The translations under genes were made by a program, and so were the position numbers. A stretch of 64,000 nucleotides of DNA, taken from positions 1,673,596 to 1,737,595 of the forward strand of contig MU061049.1 in assembly GCA_013265495.1 (NCBI GenBank), given 5' to 3'. This DNA comes from Vicugna vicugna (lineage: Eukaryota). A model generated the notes under the pieces. The model was not told where the DNA came from, ran no database searches, and worked only from the letters and a program-made list of their open reading frames with translations. Each line of letters starts with the position of its first letter. The stretch's first letter is position 1. Positions 1 through 11,296 of the stretch are shown here, piece by piece.

Positions 1-187
1 CACCCCCAACCCTCACAGGCCCCTGTCAACGTTTCTCCACTGGCTCAGAATTCAGAGGAAAGGAGGCCGGGCTTCAATGGTTGGCACCCGGGGACCCCTA
101 CCAGCCAGACCCAGATTCCACAGAAAACGTCTTCAAAGTGATTTGAAACCAGCAATTTCTGCACGGGAAGCTGTGCACCACAAGTCT

Positions 188-572
188 CTGAGGCTGTTGT
201 TATAAACCAAGACTAGGGGGAGGGTGCAGCTCAGTGGTAGAGTGCGTGCTCAGCGTGCACGAGGTCCTCGGTCCCATCCCCAGTAACTCCATTAAAATAA
301 GATTCATTACAAAGGGAAAAAACCCCTAAAACTAAAGACCTCAGTGCAAAACACTCTGTGCAGATTATCAGGACGACGGGTGAGAACCTGAGCTCTGTAC
401 CACCAAGTACCCGGGAGGGCACCAGCCTTGAGGCTGTCCGCTGGAGCACGGGGGCAACTGTCCTCTAACTTCAGGCTCTGCTCCCACGACTTCCCGGGGA
501 GAAATGAGGTCTCTCATCCCAAGAGGAGCCCGCTGGAGTGTGAACCCCCAAACAGGGCGCTTTTGGTGATAA
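188..572. mobile_element. ERV1-class remnant interrupted by the SINE
   Basis: Begins tgaggctg and ends gataaca; resembles recalled ERV1 sequence (gagaaaaaacccctaaaactaaagac; ggggagaaatgagg). Family and orientation uncertain. Confidence 0.4.
216..300 (+). mobile_element. tRNA-derived SINE (camelid Vic-1-like)
   Basis: ggggagggtgcagctcagtggtagagtgcgtgctcagcgtgcacgaggtcctcggt...ccccagtaactcc plus an A-rich tail. A-box and degenerate B-box; possible TSD aagact/aagatt. Family name from recall. Confidence 0.8.
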
Positions 573-1132
573 CAGCCTGGGTGCGTCTTGGGACCCCAGA
601 GGCAGCATCGCTGGTGAACATTCACATCTGATTTCAGATCACAGCCCTCGTCTGATGCCTCCCCACAGGACGCTCTTCCTCTCTGAATCGTCCAGCAGCA
701 TGAGCTGGACGCTAGCTATTTGTCCAGCGGGAAAGTAATAAAGTGACTCATCCTCGGTCAGAGCTCAGAACTCGCAAGAGCAAGAACCAGAAAACCACAC
801 AATTGCAGTGCTGTCGGCAACTGGTATAAAAAAGAAATACAGAGCGGGGGCGGGAGGGAGAGGTTACATCTGGGACTGGTCAGGGAGGGCTCCATGGCGG
901 AGGCAGCGTCACCAGGTGACAAAGAAGCGGACGCAGGAAAGGGTGAGGCTGGCTTGTGGCACAGCACCGACCAGGCTGTGCCCAGAGGGAAAACGCAAAC
1001 TCGAATCGGCACTGCGCTTGTGGGGGACGTGAAAATGCACCCTAGGCCACTGAGGCCCCAGTCGGCTCTGCTCGGATCAGCCACCCACATGGGCACAGGG
1101 AAGGGGCCGTAAACACAGGACAGGCCACTTAC

Positions 1133-1221
1133 CCAGCATCAGACAGCTTGGGGCTTTCCACAAAGTACATGCATTCTTTCTTCTTGATGTTTTTAGGAAT
1201 CCACGAACTCAGGTTTCCTTG
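1133..1221 (-). CDS. TRPM2: TRPM2 coding exon 2 (89 nt)
   Basis: Acceptor ctcag|CAA; donor TGG|gtaagt; encodes QGNLSSWIPKNIKKKECMYFVESPKLSDAG. Confidence 0.95.
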
Positions 1222-1969
1222 CTGAGGATGAAAAGGGCACCTGGAGACCCTCGGGCAGTTGGAGCAACGCTATCCCGAAGCTCACATCCCACGCCTCTCA
1301 GACCTGCCTGTGCACCCTGACACAGCTCGGGGGTCTTTTCAGAGATGGGGACGGAGCCCTCCCTCCCCCCACCTGCCAGAGGCCCGCAGGTGGGGACCCC
1401 GGAGGGAGGCGTGACCCTGGGGAATCACTCCCTCCTGGGCCCTGGGATTTTCATAGCCCTTTACAGGTTACACTGTGGCATTCCAGCATCTCTCCAACAC
1501 AGATCTGCCCAGGGCTCTCCGCGAAGCCAGCCCAGGACCTAGCTGGCGCCCCGCGCCTTCCCTGTCAGATGAAGGATGCGAAGGGGGGCTTTCCGGGAGG
1601 GCCTCCAGGACCCCAGGACTTGCCCAGCACTCTGGAATCAGACCAAGGACAGGAGCGGCCCCCGGGGCACAGACCCGGCTGCCTAGCGCTCCCTCCGAGT
1701 TCCCCTCCCAAAGCCTCCCTGGGCTGGAGCCCCTGGCTCTGTCCTCCCTGGTCACTGACTGTGCCCCACCAGGGCTCCAGCACACCCAGCGACCCTGAAC
1801 CTACCTTGTCGCAGTTGCCGAAGAGGAGCTGCGACCTCTTGCTCTTGCAGAGGCTGCTGTTGCTCCGCCGGAGGTGGGGGACCATGCCCCCGTCGACGAC
1901 CTTACTGGGCTGCCCCCCAAAGCCCTCCTCCTGCCTGGAGACAGCCGTCCTCCTCGTCGACGGCTCCAT
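1133..1969 (-). CDS. TRPM2: TRPM2 cation channel, 5' part: coding exons 1805-1969 and 1133-1221; the gene continues left of the window
   Basis: Spliced translation MEPSTRRTAVSRQEEGFGGQPSKVVDGGMVPHLRRSNSSLCKSKRSQLLFGNCDK|QGNLSSWIPKNIKKKECMYFVESPKLSDAG matches the recalled TRPM2 N-terminus (MEPSALRK...RRSNSSL...SSWIPENIKKKECVYFVES). GT-AG boundaries; synteny with CFAP410. Confidence 0.95.
1805..1969 (-). CDS. TRPM2: TRPM2 coding exon 1 (165 nt, 55 codons)
   Basis: ATG at 1969-1967; donor AAG|gtaggt at 1804. Confidence 0.95.
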
Positions 1970-2846
1970 GCCAATGGCCCCGCTCCAGCTCCACAGCTCC
2001 TGCTCCCTCAGGACGGGCTTTTCTCCAGCTTTCGAGGCCGAGAGGTCTGGAGGCAGGCCACGGGGACCACTGCAAGGGGCTGGGGGGATGAGGCACGTGT
2101 TCCCTCATGGGTAGCCCGTCCACGTGTCCATCTGCACAATTTCCTGACTGCCTGAGCTCGGTCCCCATCGGGCACTGGGCAGTCGAGGCACTGGCACATC
2201 CCAGGCGCCCAGGAGCCATTCATAACAGGACAACGCAAGTCACTGTGATGCACCAGAGAAAGAGCGCCAGCCCCACCCCACCACTCCCAGATGCCTGGCA
2301 ACGCCCACGAGCCCGAGGATGGGGCAGGGGATCGGGGTCGGGGGGGACTGCCCGGTCGTCACACATGGTGCACATTCTGGGGTCCAAGCCTCATGTGTCC
2401 AGACATTCATCCACTTATTTTGTTTTCCAAAAAAGATGGGGAGGGGCATGGCTCTCTGCTCTGAGACACAGGCCCTCGAAACACAACAGGTCTCCGTTTC
2501 TCCAGCCCCTCCCTCTGGCACTGACCTGCTCTCCATCACCGGGGCCCCGGGAAGCAGCAGTTTACAAATGGGAGAAGATAAACACGTGTAAACCCCACAG
2601 GCCTTCCCTGGAGCCATAGGTGCCCATGGGTGACATCCCGTGACGTCGCCCTTGATGTCACCCCATGTCACCAAAGGTGCCATCCAGGGAGGCAGCCCCC
2701 CAACCCCTGCTCCAAGGGTGTGAACGGGGCCGCCTGGCCCGAGAGCAGATCACAAGGTCTCCCCCACCCCCACCCTGGAGCCCTTTCTGGCCACATCCTC
2801 TTCCCACACGTGACAGTGACAGACGGACAGTCTTTTCTCTGCCCGC

Positions 2847-3376
2847 TGTTGGGGCCCAGCGTAGCTGGCCCCAAAACGTGACTCAAAGGCATATTGATTA
2901 TTTTAAATTAAAGTTACTTCAGAAACGGCCGACACACGAGGGACCCCCTGCCCCTCCTCTCCGTCTCCCTAAAAGCAGGAAACGAACCCCCCATGTGTCA
3001 GGTCCCCCCGCCTCTGGACATAGAAGGACACCCAGTCGCCAGAGACGGGGATTCAGGCCGAGAAGCCTGGGTAAACCGCCCCCGGGACGCCTTTCCTTGG
3101 CGGCCCCGAGCCCAGACTGTTTAGATTCTTCAGTCATCGGGCACGCAAAACCTGAGGCTCTTTGTCCAGTCAGTTGCTGTTTCCTTGTCTAAAAAGTATA
3201 AAAGCTGCTCCTTTGGCCACACTTTAGGGTTCACCTCTGTGGGACCTCCAGGCACACGAATTCAAATTCCGGTTTCTTTTTCTCCTGTTAACCTGTCTTG
3301 TGTCAATTTTACGATTAGTCCAGCCACCAGAACCCAAGAGGGCTGGAGGGGCAAGTTCCCCACCCCCGCCCCCACA
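2847..3376 (+). mobile_element. Solo ERV1 LTR (MER34/MER39-like)
   Basis: TG...CA ends; gcatattgattattttaaattaaagttact; TATA gtataaaag at about 3197; U5-like ctcctgttaacctgtcttgtgtcaattt...ccagccaccagaacc. Confidence 0.7.
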
Positions 3377-3879
3377 GCATCGTCCAGCTTCAATGCGTGG
3401 TCACCGTGCACCAGGGGGATGCAGGGACTCGTCGGGAAGGGAGGCGCCTACCCAGCTCTCACCGGGCCCACCGGGCCCACCTGGCCCACACTCTTCGGGG
3501 CCACTCAGCTCAGTGCTGGGCCTTAGGGTAGAGTCACCTGGTCGCTGGCACTCAGGGCTCAGGCCACCCCTCCTCTGTGCCCTCGCTCCTCCCCCTGGGC
3601 TCCTCCCTTCCCGCTTGCCCCTGTGCCAGGGTCCCCCCAGATGCCCACAACAGCTCAGAGGAAGGGAGCTAAACCTCCCTCACATGAAGCACCAGGATAA
3701 CACAGGGCGCTGGCAGCAGGACGGGTGCTGCAGCCACAAACACCCGCAGAAGCGGGGGCAGCTCTGGAGCTGAGCACGAGGCAGAGCCGGAGGAGTCCGG
3801 CGGGCAGGGGCCCTGGAAAAAGCCTCCCCGACCGCGGACAGACAGGAGTCTCCTGAGAGAAGAGCTCAGTGGTCACCAG

Positions 3880-4420
3880 CAGGGTGCTGGTAGAAACGTG
3901 ACTAAAGGCCATTCTGCTGAAATCTCAGATGGAAAGGAGGACAGTGTGATTGGAAACTGGAGGAAAAACAGTCGTGTTATAAAGGGGCAAAGAGCATGGC
4001 CAAATGGTTCCGCATACTGGTGTTTTGTGGAAGATAGAACTTGTAAATGACAAAAGTGGAATCTGGTTGAGGAAACAGCTAGCCAAAGATGCACATACAG
4101 ACTGGCTTCTCCTGAAAGCTCCCAGTGCAATGCAGGGAGAGAGAAAGGACTTAAAGACGGAACTGTTCATCAAAAAGGATGCAGAATTTAGAGATCTGGG
4201 CGGCCTATCGACACAAAGTGGTGAGAAAGCTCGTGCAGGAGAGAGGATGGAGGGAGCGGCCGTACTTGCTAACGATGCAGGGGTGGCTGGTCATCTCAGG
4301 AAGCTGGGAGCCCTTCATCCAGCTGGGGGAACGAATCGGTCATCTCAACAGAAGCCGGGACCCATGTCCACACAATAGAAGACTGAGCCTGAGGCATTTC
4401 GGAGATCAGGGGCTGCCCTG
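3880..4420 (+). mobile_element. ERVL-MaLR internal fragment (MLT1-int-like)
   Basis: aaaggccattctgctgaaatctcagatggaaaggagg...ttggaaactggagg...tgttttgtggaagatagaacttgtaaatga matches recalled MaLR internal consensus. Confidence 0.7.
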
Positions 4421-5279
4421 CCCCGGGAGGGCTTGTGGGACAGAATGATTTCAAAGGAGGGGTCGCAGCTACCACGCACCCCTCCCATCTTGGGCTCAGC
4501 TCCCCAACCCTCCCCACCCATGTCCCCCTGTCCAACAGTCTAGGCCCTGGGACAGTCCAGAAACCCAGGGCTGACCATGAGCTTACAGAGTCCCCCATCC
4601 AACCTTTCCTAGGGTTCTTCTCCCCTAAATCGTATCATCAGTTGCTCTCTTCACAAATCATCGAGAAGCAGACTTGTCCCCGTTTCACAGCTGAAATTTT
4701 CCACAAGCAGTTAGCATGGGTGTGTTGAGAAAACTCTAAAAGCAAGTGACTTCTGGGGGCGAGGGGGTGGATCTACAACATAGCCTGAATACACAAGTCA
4801 CACCACACGCACAGCTACAGGCGTCACCTAGCAGGATCCTCGAGGGGCCCGTGATGGTGCTGCTAAAGAGCGAGGGGCATGAGCAGGAGCAACGGGTGAC
4901 CGCCAAATCAGGACCAGAGGGGCTCAGGAAGACAGGGCTCCTCCTGGTACCCTGCCCACCCCAGCCCAGAAGACTTACCAGGAGATAGAAGCCCCAGCTG
5001 GCCAGGCACACTGGACTGTGTGTGGGGGGCTGGCCTGGGCACACTGGCTGCGGCTGGGTGTGCACCCCTCTCTCTACTTCTCTAAACCCTGTAGCTGCTC
5101 TGGCTCCAGCATCCTCTGAAATCTTGGCTGTGAAAGCATTTTCCAGACTATAAATAGCCACATGCGGGTGAGGGGAGAAGGAAGTAGCAGCCACAGAAGT
5201 GGGCCATGAGGTCTTGGGGGGTAGGTGGAGTTCAGAGCAAGAGCCTGAAAGGCCAAGTCCCTGAGCTCCCCACGACCGG

Positions 5280-6040
5280 GCCATGCGCTCTGGTCAGACC
5301 GCACCCAGCCCTGTCGCAGCGCCTGCGCCCCCGCGGCACAGCCCGGCGGATGCCCGCACCCTGCTGCGAGAGTCCCTGCGCTCCGCGCCACCACAGACCG
5401 GCTGCACCCCCGCACCCGGCACCCGAGCCCGCGCCCACCCCTCTGCGTCCCGGCTCACCCAGACCCGCGAGCCCGCACTCGCCCCGGAGCCCCAGCCGCG
5501 CCCCAGCTCCCGCCCCCCAGCCTGCGCTCTGCTTGTGCCTGCCCGACCCGCAGCCCTGCCCTCCGGCGCACCCCCCGCTCCAGCGCCGCCCGCCGCCTCG
5601 TCGCCGCACGTCCTCCATCCCCGGCGCGCGTACCTGCTCCGCGAGGGGCCCGCGCCCGCGCGTCACCCGCGCCGCTGCGCAGGACGGTCGCCCTGGCCCC
5701 GCGGGGCCGCCCTCATCTCGGGCCGACGGCGCCCCGCAATGCGCTCTGCGTCACGGCTCCGGGGAGCGCAGCCCGCCGCGTCCCGCGCCCGCGGCTGGAG
5801 CCAGACACGCTCACCGAAGCCGGCGCGGGCCGACCTCCCGAGCGCCCCCACCTCCCGCCGCGAGCTGCGGGTCCGCCTCCCCGGGGATACCTCCTCCCAG
5901 GGGGCTACGGCGAGCGCCTGCCCCGTGCAGCGATTCTCCGCGGGAAGGGCCGGAGCTGGGCAGGGGTTGTGTCAGCGGGGGTGGGAGACCCCGTGGGCGT
6001 GGGGCCTGGAGAGCTACTTCCCCCAGCGGCGGGCCGGTGC
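5280..6040. promoter_or_regulatory. CpG island, probable distal TRPM2 promoter
   Basis: Dense CpG and GC boxes, TGACGC half-CRE motifs at about 5660 and 5748, minus-strand donors at 5814 and 5633; lies about 3.8 kb upstream of the TRPM2 ATG. Confidence 0.65.
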
Positions 6041-7629
6041 CCTCGCCATCTTCCTGGGGCACCCAGGGCCAGGAGACCATTCCGGGTAAGGCAGGACTAA
6101 AGGGGGCAGGAGGAGCGGGAAAGATGTGACCACACAGCATCCACCCTGGCAGGTGCTGGCCACTGGGCCCCACAATGCCTGATTTCGACCCTCCTGGCTG
6201 GAGGACTGAGGACTGAGTTCTGACTCCTGAAAACCTGTTCTCAGTTTTCCCTAAAGGTCCAAACTCCCTGGCCACAACTCTCTCACCCTGCAAAGGCTCC
6301 CTGCCCTCTCCTTCCAGGCTGCCAGCCCACAGTGCCCCACAGCCACTCCTGGGCCCCCAGGGAAGTGAACAGGGTCCTGTTGCCTCTCTGATACTGAGGT
6401 CCAGGGGCTGCCAGCTGACCCATTTCCTCCTCTGGGTGCACTGACCGAGTGTCCAGACACCTGCCCAGAGCACCCTCCTCTGGAGGGCCCTTTGCCCCCA
6501 CCTGCCCCGGCTCTCTGCTAGGAGCCAGCTGGCAGTGCCACAGGTCCATCGGCCAAAGGGTGGCCCCGGCGTCATTCCCCCACTATTGGGAGGTCTCTGA
6601 GCAGCTTGGGGAAAGTGTGAGAGCCCGTCAGAGCCGCTTGTACAGCCCTGGTTTGTTTTGTTTTTTCAAAACGCTTTGATACACGTGAAGGTAGCTGGAG
6701 CCTCTCCTCCAAAGCGGTTGGCAGCATGGAATTAAAGAACAGCAACAGTGGGAGTCGTGCCCCGGCTCCGGCCGGCAGGCCCGCACGCTGCAGGGCACAG
6801 CCCCCGCCCAGCCCTGCTGCATTCTCCGGGCCCGGCAAGCAGTGAGCGCCCAGTGAGTGGCCGCCCAGGAGTGAGCCTGCCGCAAGAGGCATCTGAGACC
6901 CCAGTGAACAGGCAAAGGAAGTGGAGACCCACCCGTGTCCGCAGCTGGTTGTGGGCAGCTGTGTCCAGACTCTCACCCAGCGCTCCTTCCCTGATGCCCT
7001 CTGGCCCGAGAGCCATCTCACTGACGGAAAGCATACGGGGTACAGTTAATATTTCACAAGACAGCAGTAACTGCAGATCCGTCTGATGGACAGGCACGGA
7101 CGGGCTGGCTTTTGTTTCTAAGTATCCCAGGGCCTCCATGGGAACATTGCTTGAGGTGAAGTATTTCATGAATCAGGCTTCTGATGAAACATCTGTGCCC
7201 ACACTGTCCCCATGGGGCTCCTTCCCTTCTAAAGAACCACATGTTTCACAATAAGGCCTCGTTCCATCTGTTGGACACCCTGCAAGAGCCATTCTGAAGG
7301 CTTCCCATCAGAACAGAAAGCAGGAAGCAGCAGCAGAGACACAGCAAGTGCTGACCTGGATGGACGGTCATTTCAAGGTCAGAGAAGGGAAGGCAAGGCT
7401 GAGGACTGTGTCATAGTGCGGACAGTGTGTCCAGGGTACACAGCCCCCCGCAACAGAAGGCCACAATCCCTGAAAAAGACAGAGATCTGACCCGTGAGCG
7501 TGGCCACTCTGGTCATGAAGAATACACCAGAGCAGAGAAGCCAGGTTGCCGGCTCCTGGGAGAAGAATGAAGGCAGGCGGGGAGGGCCTGAGGGGTGGAG
7601 GGTGCGGCCAACACGGCCAGAGCCTAGAG

Positions 7630-7848
7630 CAGGGGCTGCAGACGTCTTCTGTGTAGGGCCAGAGGGTAACTAGTTCAGGCTTTGCAGGTGATGGTCTGCG
7701 TTGGAGCTACTCAGCTCTGCCCATGCAGCCAGAAGGCAGCCACGGGCAAAACATCAGTGAGTGGGCTGGCCGTGTGCCAATAAACCTTTATTCACAAGAA
7801 CAGGCAGTGGCTGGATCTGGCCAGTGGGCTATGGGTTGCTGACCCCTG
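7630..7848. mobile_element. MER58A-like hAT-Charlie MITE
   Basis: Terminal inverted cagggg...cccctg; 8-bp TSD gcctagag/gtctagag; internal ggccgtgtgccaataaacctttatt. Confidence 0.85.
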
Positions 7849-8232
7849 GTCTAGAGAGAGGACCAAGAGAAGTGGGCTCCGGGCCGGGGAACAACGTTCT
7901 TGTCCTTCATCACTTCACTTCCGAGGTCAGCAGATGACCTGCATTCCAGTAGCATCTTATCATAAAGGACTGCCCACAGGAGCAAGTGGCCACGGTGGTG
8001 CTGCACAGGGGTGTGAAGACTGTGGCCGCCCTAGTGCTGCAGGCCCGCCCAGAAAGCTGGGCCAGGTGGCCCATTCATTCCACAGCAACCGTGGGGAGAA
8101 CAGAGCTGGAAATGACCCCAGGTCTGAACAATCTCTCAGGACACTGAATAAAATGAATAAACACAGGCCGTTCTTCTCTGCTACTGTGAAGGAAAAGCCC
8201 AGCTGGGCTAACAGCTAACTCACAAATCTAAG

Positions 8233-8615
8233 TGTAACAAGTGTCGGATTACTGATCTGAGTTCTGCTGGGCTGACTTGTAAATCTGAGTTAATTATTGT
8301 TGGTTTGCTGATTCCCTGTTCATGTCTTTTTTGCTAGCCAGCTGGGTTTTCAAAGAGACATATCTGGCCTTGAAATGTTGGTTTCCTGCCTCCCTGCCTC
8401 TACTTTTGTGATAATGATGTTGCTAAAGCTGTTCCATGCCTATTGGCCAAATACCCCAAGCTTGTAATTAACCCTATAAAACCTCATGCACATGTCTTGG
8501 AGGTGCTCAGAGCTTCGGAGCAGAAGCCCCTCTGAGCCCGCCGGCGTAATAAATCTGAGTACTCCAACCCTCCGAGTGGTGCTTGTTTCTTGGCTGGCCT
8601 GTCATTTCCGTAACA
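8233..8615 (+). mobile_element. Solo ERV LTR (left end could instead be 8242)
   Basis: tgtaac...ccgtaaca; reverse CCAAT (attgg), TATAAAA at about 8476, AATAAA at about 8548; R/U5 similar to the LTR at 46481-47042. Confidence 0.8.
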
Positions 8616-9039
8616 TTTCAAGTCCATTCTGTGGTTTGCTGCAGAGCCCATCCGTCCTGACCACTCTGTGTACTGGCCAGGGTCACCTGGCAGGGGAGGA
8701 GTGGGGAGGGCAGGGAGGCCCGTTCACTTAGCAGGCCCCCCCCCCACATGTCAGGCTCCCCATGTCTGTTTGCAGTCCTCATGACCCAGTGTGGCAGGAA
8801 ACCTCCTCACTCCCTGGAGATGATGGAGTGGGGACTCCGGGACCTCCCAGGGCTGGTATGTGAATGCCTCTGCGGACCCTGCATGCATCTCGGTCAGCCA
8901 GCCCACAGTCGTTTCCTGAAGCCTCACCACAGGCAGGCCGTCTAGGGGCTGGGGCTCTGGGAAAAGGAGGTGCTCAGACCCACAGTCCAGGGGAAGAACA
9001 ACGGAGACCACCTCAGGTCATGATAAACATCGAGGAGTC

Positions 9040-9340
9040 AGGGTAGGGGGGCGGGGCTTGGGCAGGAGCTGGAGACAACGGGGCTGGTGTCAGGCCAGGC
9101 TGGAGGGCCCTTCTGAGCTGGGCTGGGAGGAAGTAATGGATCGAGCTGGAAGAATCTGATGAATGGCATCTGAACCCAGGGACAAGCAGGTGCAAAGGCC
9201 CTGAGGTGAACTCTAGTTGTGTGTCTGAGGACCAAGAGGCACACCATGGTGGCTGATGGAGTGTGCCGGCAAGTGTGGCATGAAATGAGGGGAGGTGGGC
9301 AGGGGCCAGATCTCTCAGGATCTTCTGGCCCCTTGATCAG
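9040..9340 (-). mobile_element. L2 LINE fragment
   Basis: gcaggtgcaaaggccctgaggt...tgaggaccaagaggc...ggcaggggccagatc, typical of antisense L2 3' end. Confidence 0.55.
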
Positions 9341-10844
9341 CTGCCTATTGCACAGGACCCTGTGCTGGTGGGTCAAACTGCAGTGAGCCCTCAAACCGTG
9401 GTGCTGGCTGAGGCCCCGGGAAGGAAAGCCAAACCCAGAACGAGAGAGTGTCTGTCCTGCCCAGGTGCATCTCAGTCCCGTCTCCCCGTCCCTCTGTCCC
9501 AGCCGCAATGGCCGCCCCCTTCCTGATCACCAGCTAGCACTGGACTGGCTGAGGACAGAGGCTGATGGTCGTCAGCTGGCTAAGGCATTGCCCTCCCAGG
9601 CTGTCTAGCGTCTCGTCTGTGCTGGACACCCCAGTGGCCTAAGTGTGGGGTTTGAGAATCTCCACACTATGGCCCACCCCAGTGCCTCTTCCAGACCTTC
9701 TTGTCCCCAATTCTCCAGTCTTACCTCTTTCCAGCCCCCTATCAGAGGGTAAGTAAGGTCATTCCTGCCCTCCCGTGAATCCATTTGTGGTCAGTGCCCT
9801 CTCCCAACATAGAGCAGAGGAGGAGGCGCTCCACGTGGGGCCCGGGACCTCCCGCTCACCTACGCATCTTGCTTATGTGCCAAGGCTGTGAGGTCATTTC
9901 CTCGGGTTGGTCCTACAGCTGGTAACCCTGAGAGCTGAGGGAACATCGCCCCTAGACCAAGATGAGGACTGCTCACTGCTTGCTGGTAAAGGGTGGAGCC
10001 AGAGCCCTCTGTTCCTTCCTGGTATTGCTGTGCACCCGAAAGCATGTGCAGCAAGCATCCACCGAGCCCCTTGCGTTACTCCCATGGAACTCAGGGGTCA
10101 GGGGACTGATGCAAATGTGCCAAAGCCATGAGGAATAAACTGACTTTTGTCTCTGACCCAGGAGTCAGTCTCCTGCTGGCATTTGTGAAGGAGTAACAGG
10201 CTTAGTGACCTGTAGGTGGGGTCAAACCAAGTCCCAGGCCAACACCTGGCCGTTGCAGGCATCAGCCTTCACCTCTGTCCTCCAAGGCCACCTGAGATAG
10301 ACATCCAGCAGCTCTGTCCATTTCCACCCACACACTGCGCAGGCCACCCTTACCAGCTGATCAGAGGAGCCCCCATGTGGCCACAGGCACTGGTACAACG
10401 GTGGAGGCGGCGTGGGGGGCTGGGCCACCTGTGCGCCAGCTTTCTGCGCCCTGCCCCACACCCCCTCACAACCGGTCCCACTCACCTGGGACTCTTGCTG
10501 GGCCCACGCACCCTGAGGCAGAACCCAGGCAGGGAAGATGGGTCTCAGGGCGAGAATCTGACTGATAAACTCTTCACAACGCTGCAAGTCCCAGCAAAGC
10601 ACAGCGCCCAGGACAAAACACAGAAAGCACAGCGGCTGTTAAACTACTGCGTGGGAGTGCTGCTCCCTTTTTCCAATTCCTTACATCGTTTTTACGACAA
10701 AAATGGCGGGGTTGGATGGGACGGAAGGTCCTATAGCAAAATCCCACTCTCCCCCACTGAATCACCACTCCTCATCCTGCCACGGGTCTCTCCTACAGGC
10801 AGGTCCTCCATCAGCCTCCGGGACCCTGGGCTTCAGATGTTGCT

Positions 10845-11240
10845 GTGATGTCCTGGGAAAGCAACCTTTGACCTCTGTGAAAGAAAAAATTATTCTGACA
10901 TATGTTAAAAGGATAAGGAAGACTTTACTCCAGATTACTGCATTAGAGGAGAGAGACTGGGCTCAACTCCAAGTTCAACAAGGAAAAGGGGGGCTTATGA
11001 GAGAGGGGTCCATAGATAGAAAGTTACTAAGAGACTTCAAGGGCAGGGGATGTTGCTAAAGACAGGCCAAGAAGACTAGATACCACCTGGGGGAACGAGG
11101 AGCTTAATCAGATAATGAGGGCGATCAGAGACCAAAGGTGGGGGTGACCTAGCAGGATCTTTGCTAAGACTGGGCTGGGCAGGCCAAAGACAGGACCAGG
11201 GCCTGGTGGGGAGAGCTCCCCTAGGAGGCTAAGTTTGGTC
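10845..11240 (-). mobile_element. Old ERV1 LTR (MER31/57/67-like)
   Basis: aaggaagactttactccagattactgcattagaggagagagactgggctcaactcc...gcaggatctttgctaagact resembles recalled antisense MER4-group LTRs. Confidence 0.55.
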
Positions 11241-11296
11241 TTGTCGCCTCTAACGGGTCTGAGATCCCACATACCTGTCTTAATGTACCGTGCTGC

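Noticed and set aside
216-300. tRNA gene
   Set aside because: It has an A-box-like head but no complete cloverleaf, a degenerate B-box and an A-rich tail, so it is a SINE.
1-1132. TRPM2 coding exon 3 (KVVC...TDAFGDI...)
   Set aside because: No matching sequence on the minus strand; it must lie outside the window.
4004-4378. 124-aa plus-strand ORF as a novel or domesticated gene
   Set aside because: It lies inside a MaLR internal fragment, has no splice or promoter support and no recognisable domain. A conservation test would be needed to reopen it.
5206-6129. 307-aa and 268-aa plus-strand ORFs
   Set aside because: Pro/Ala/Arg-rich products typical of stop-poor CpG islands; several frames are open at once.
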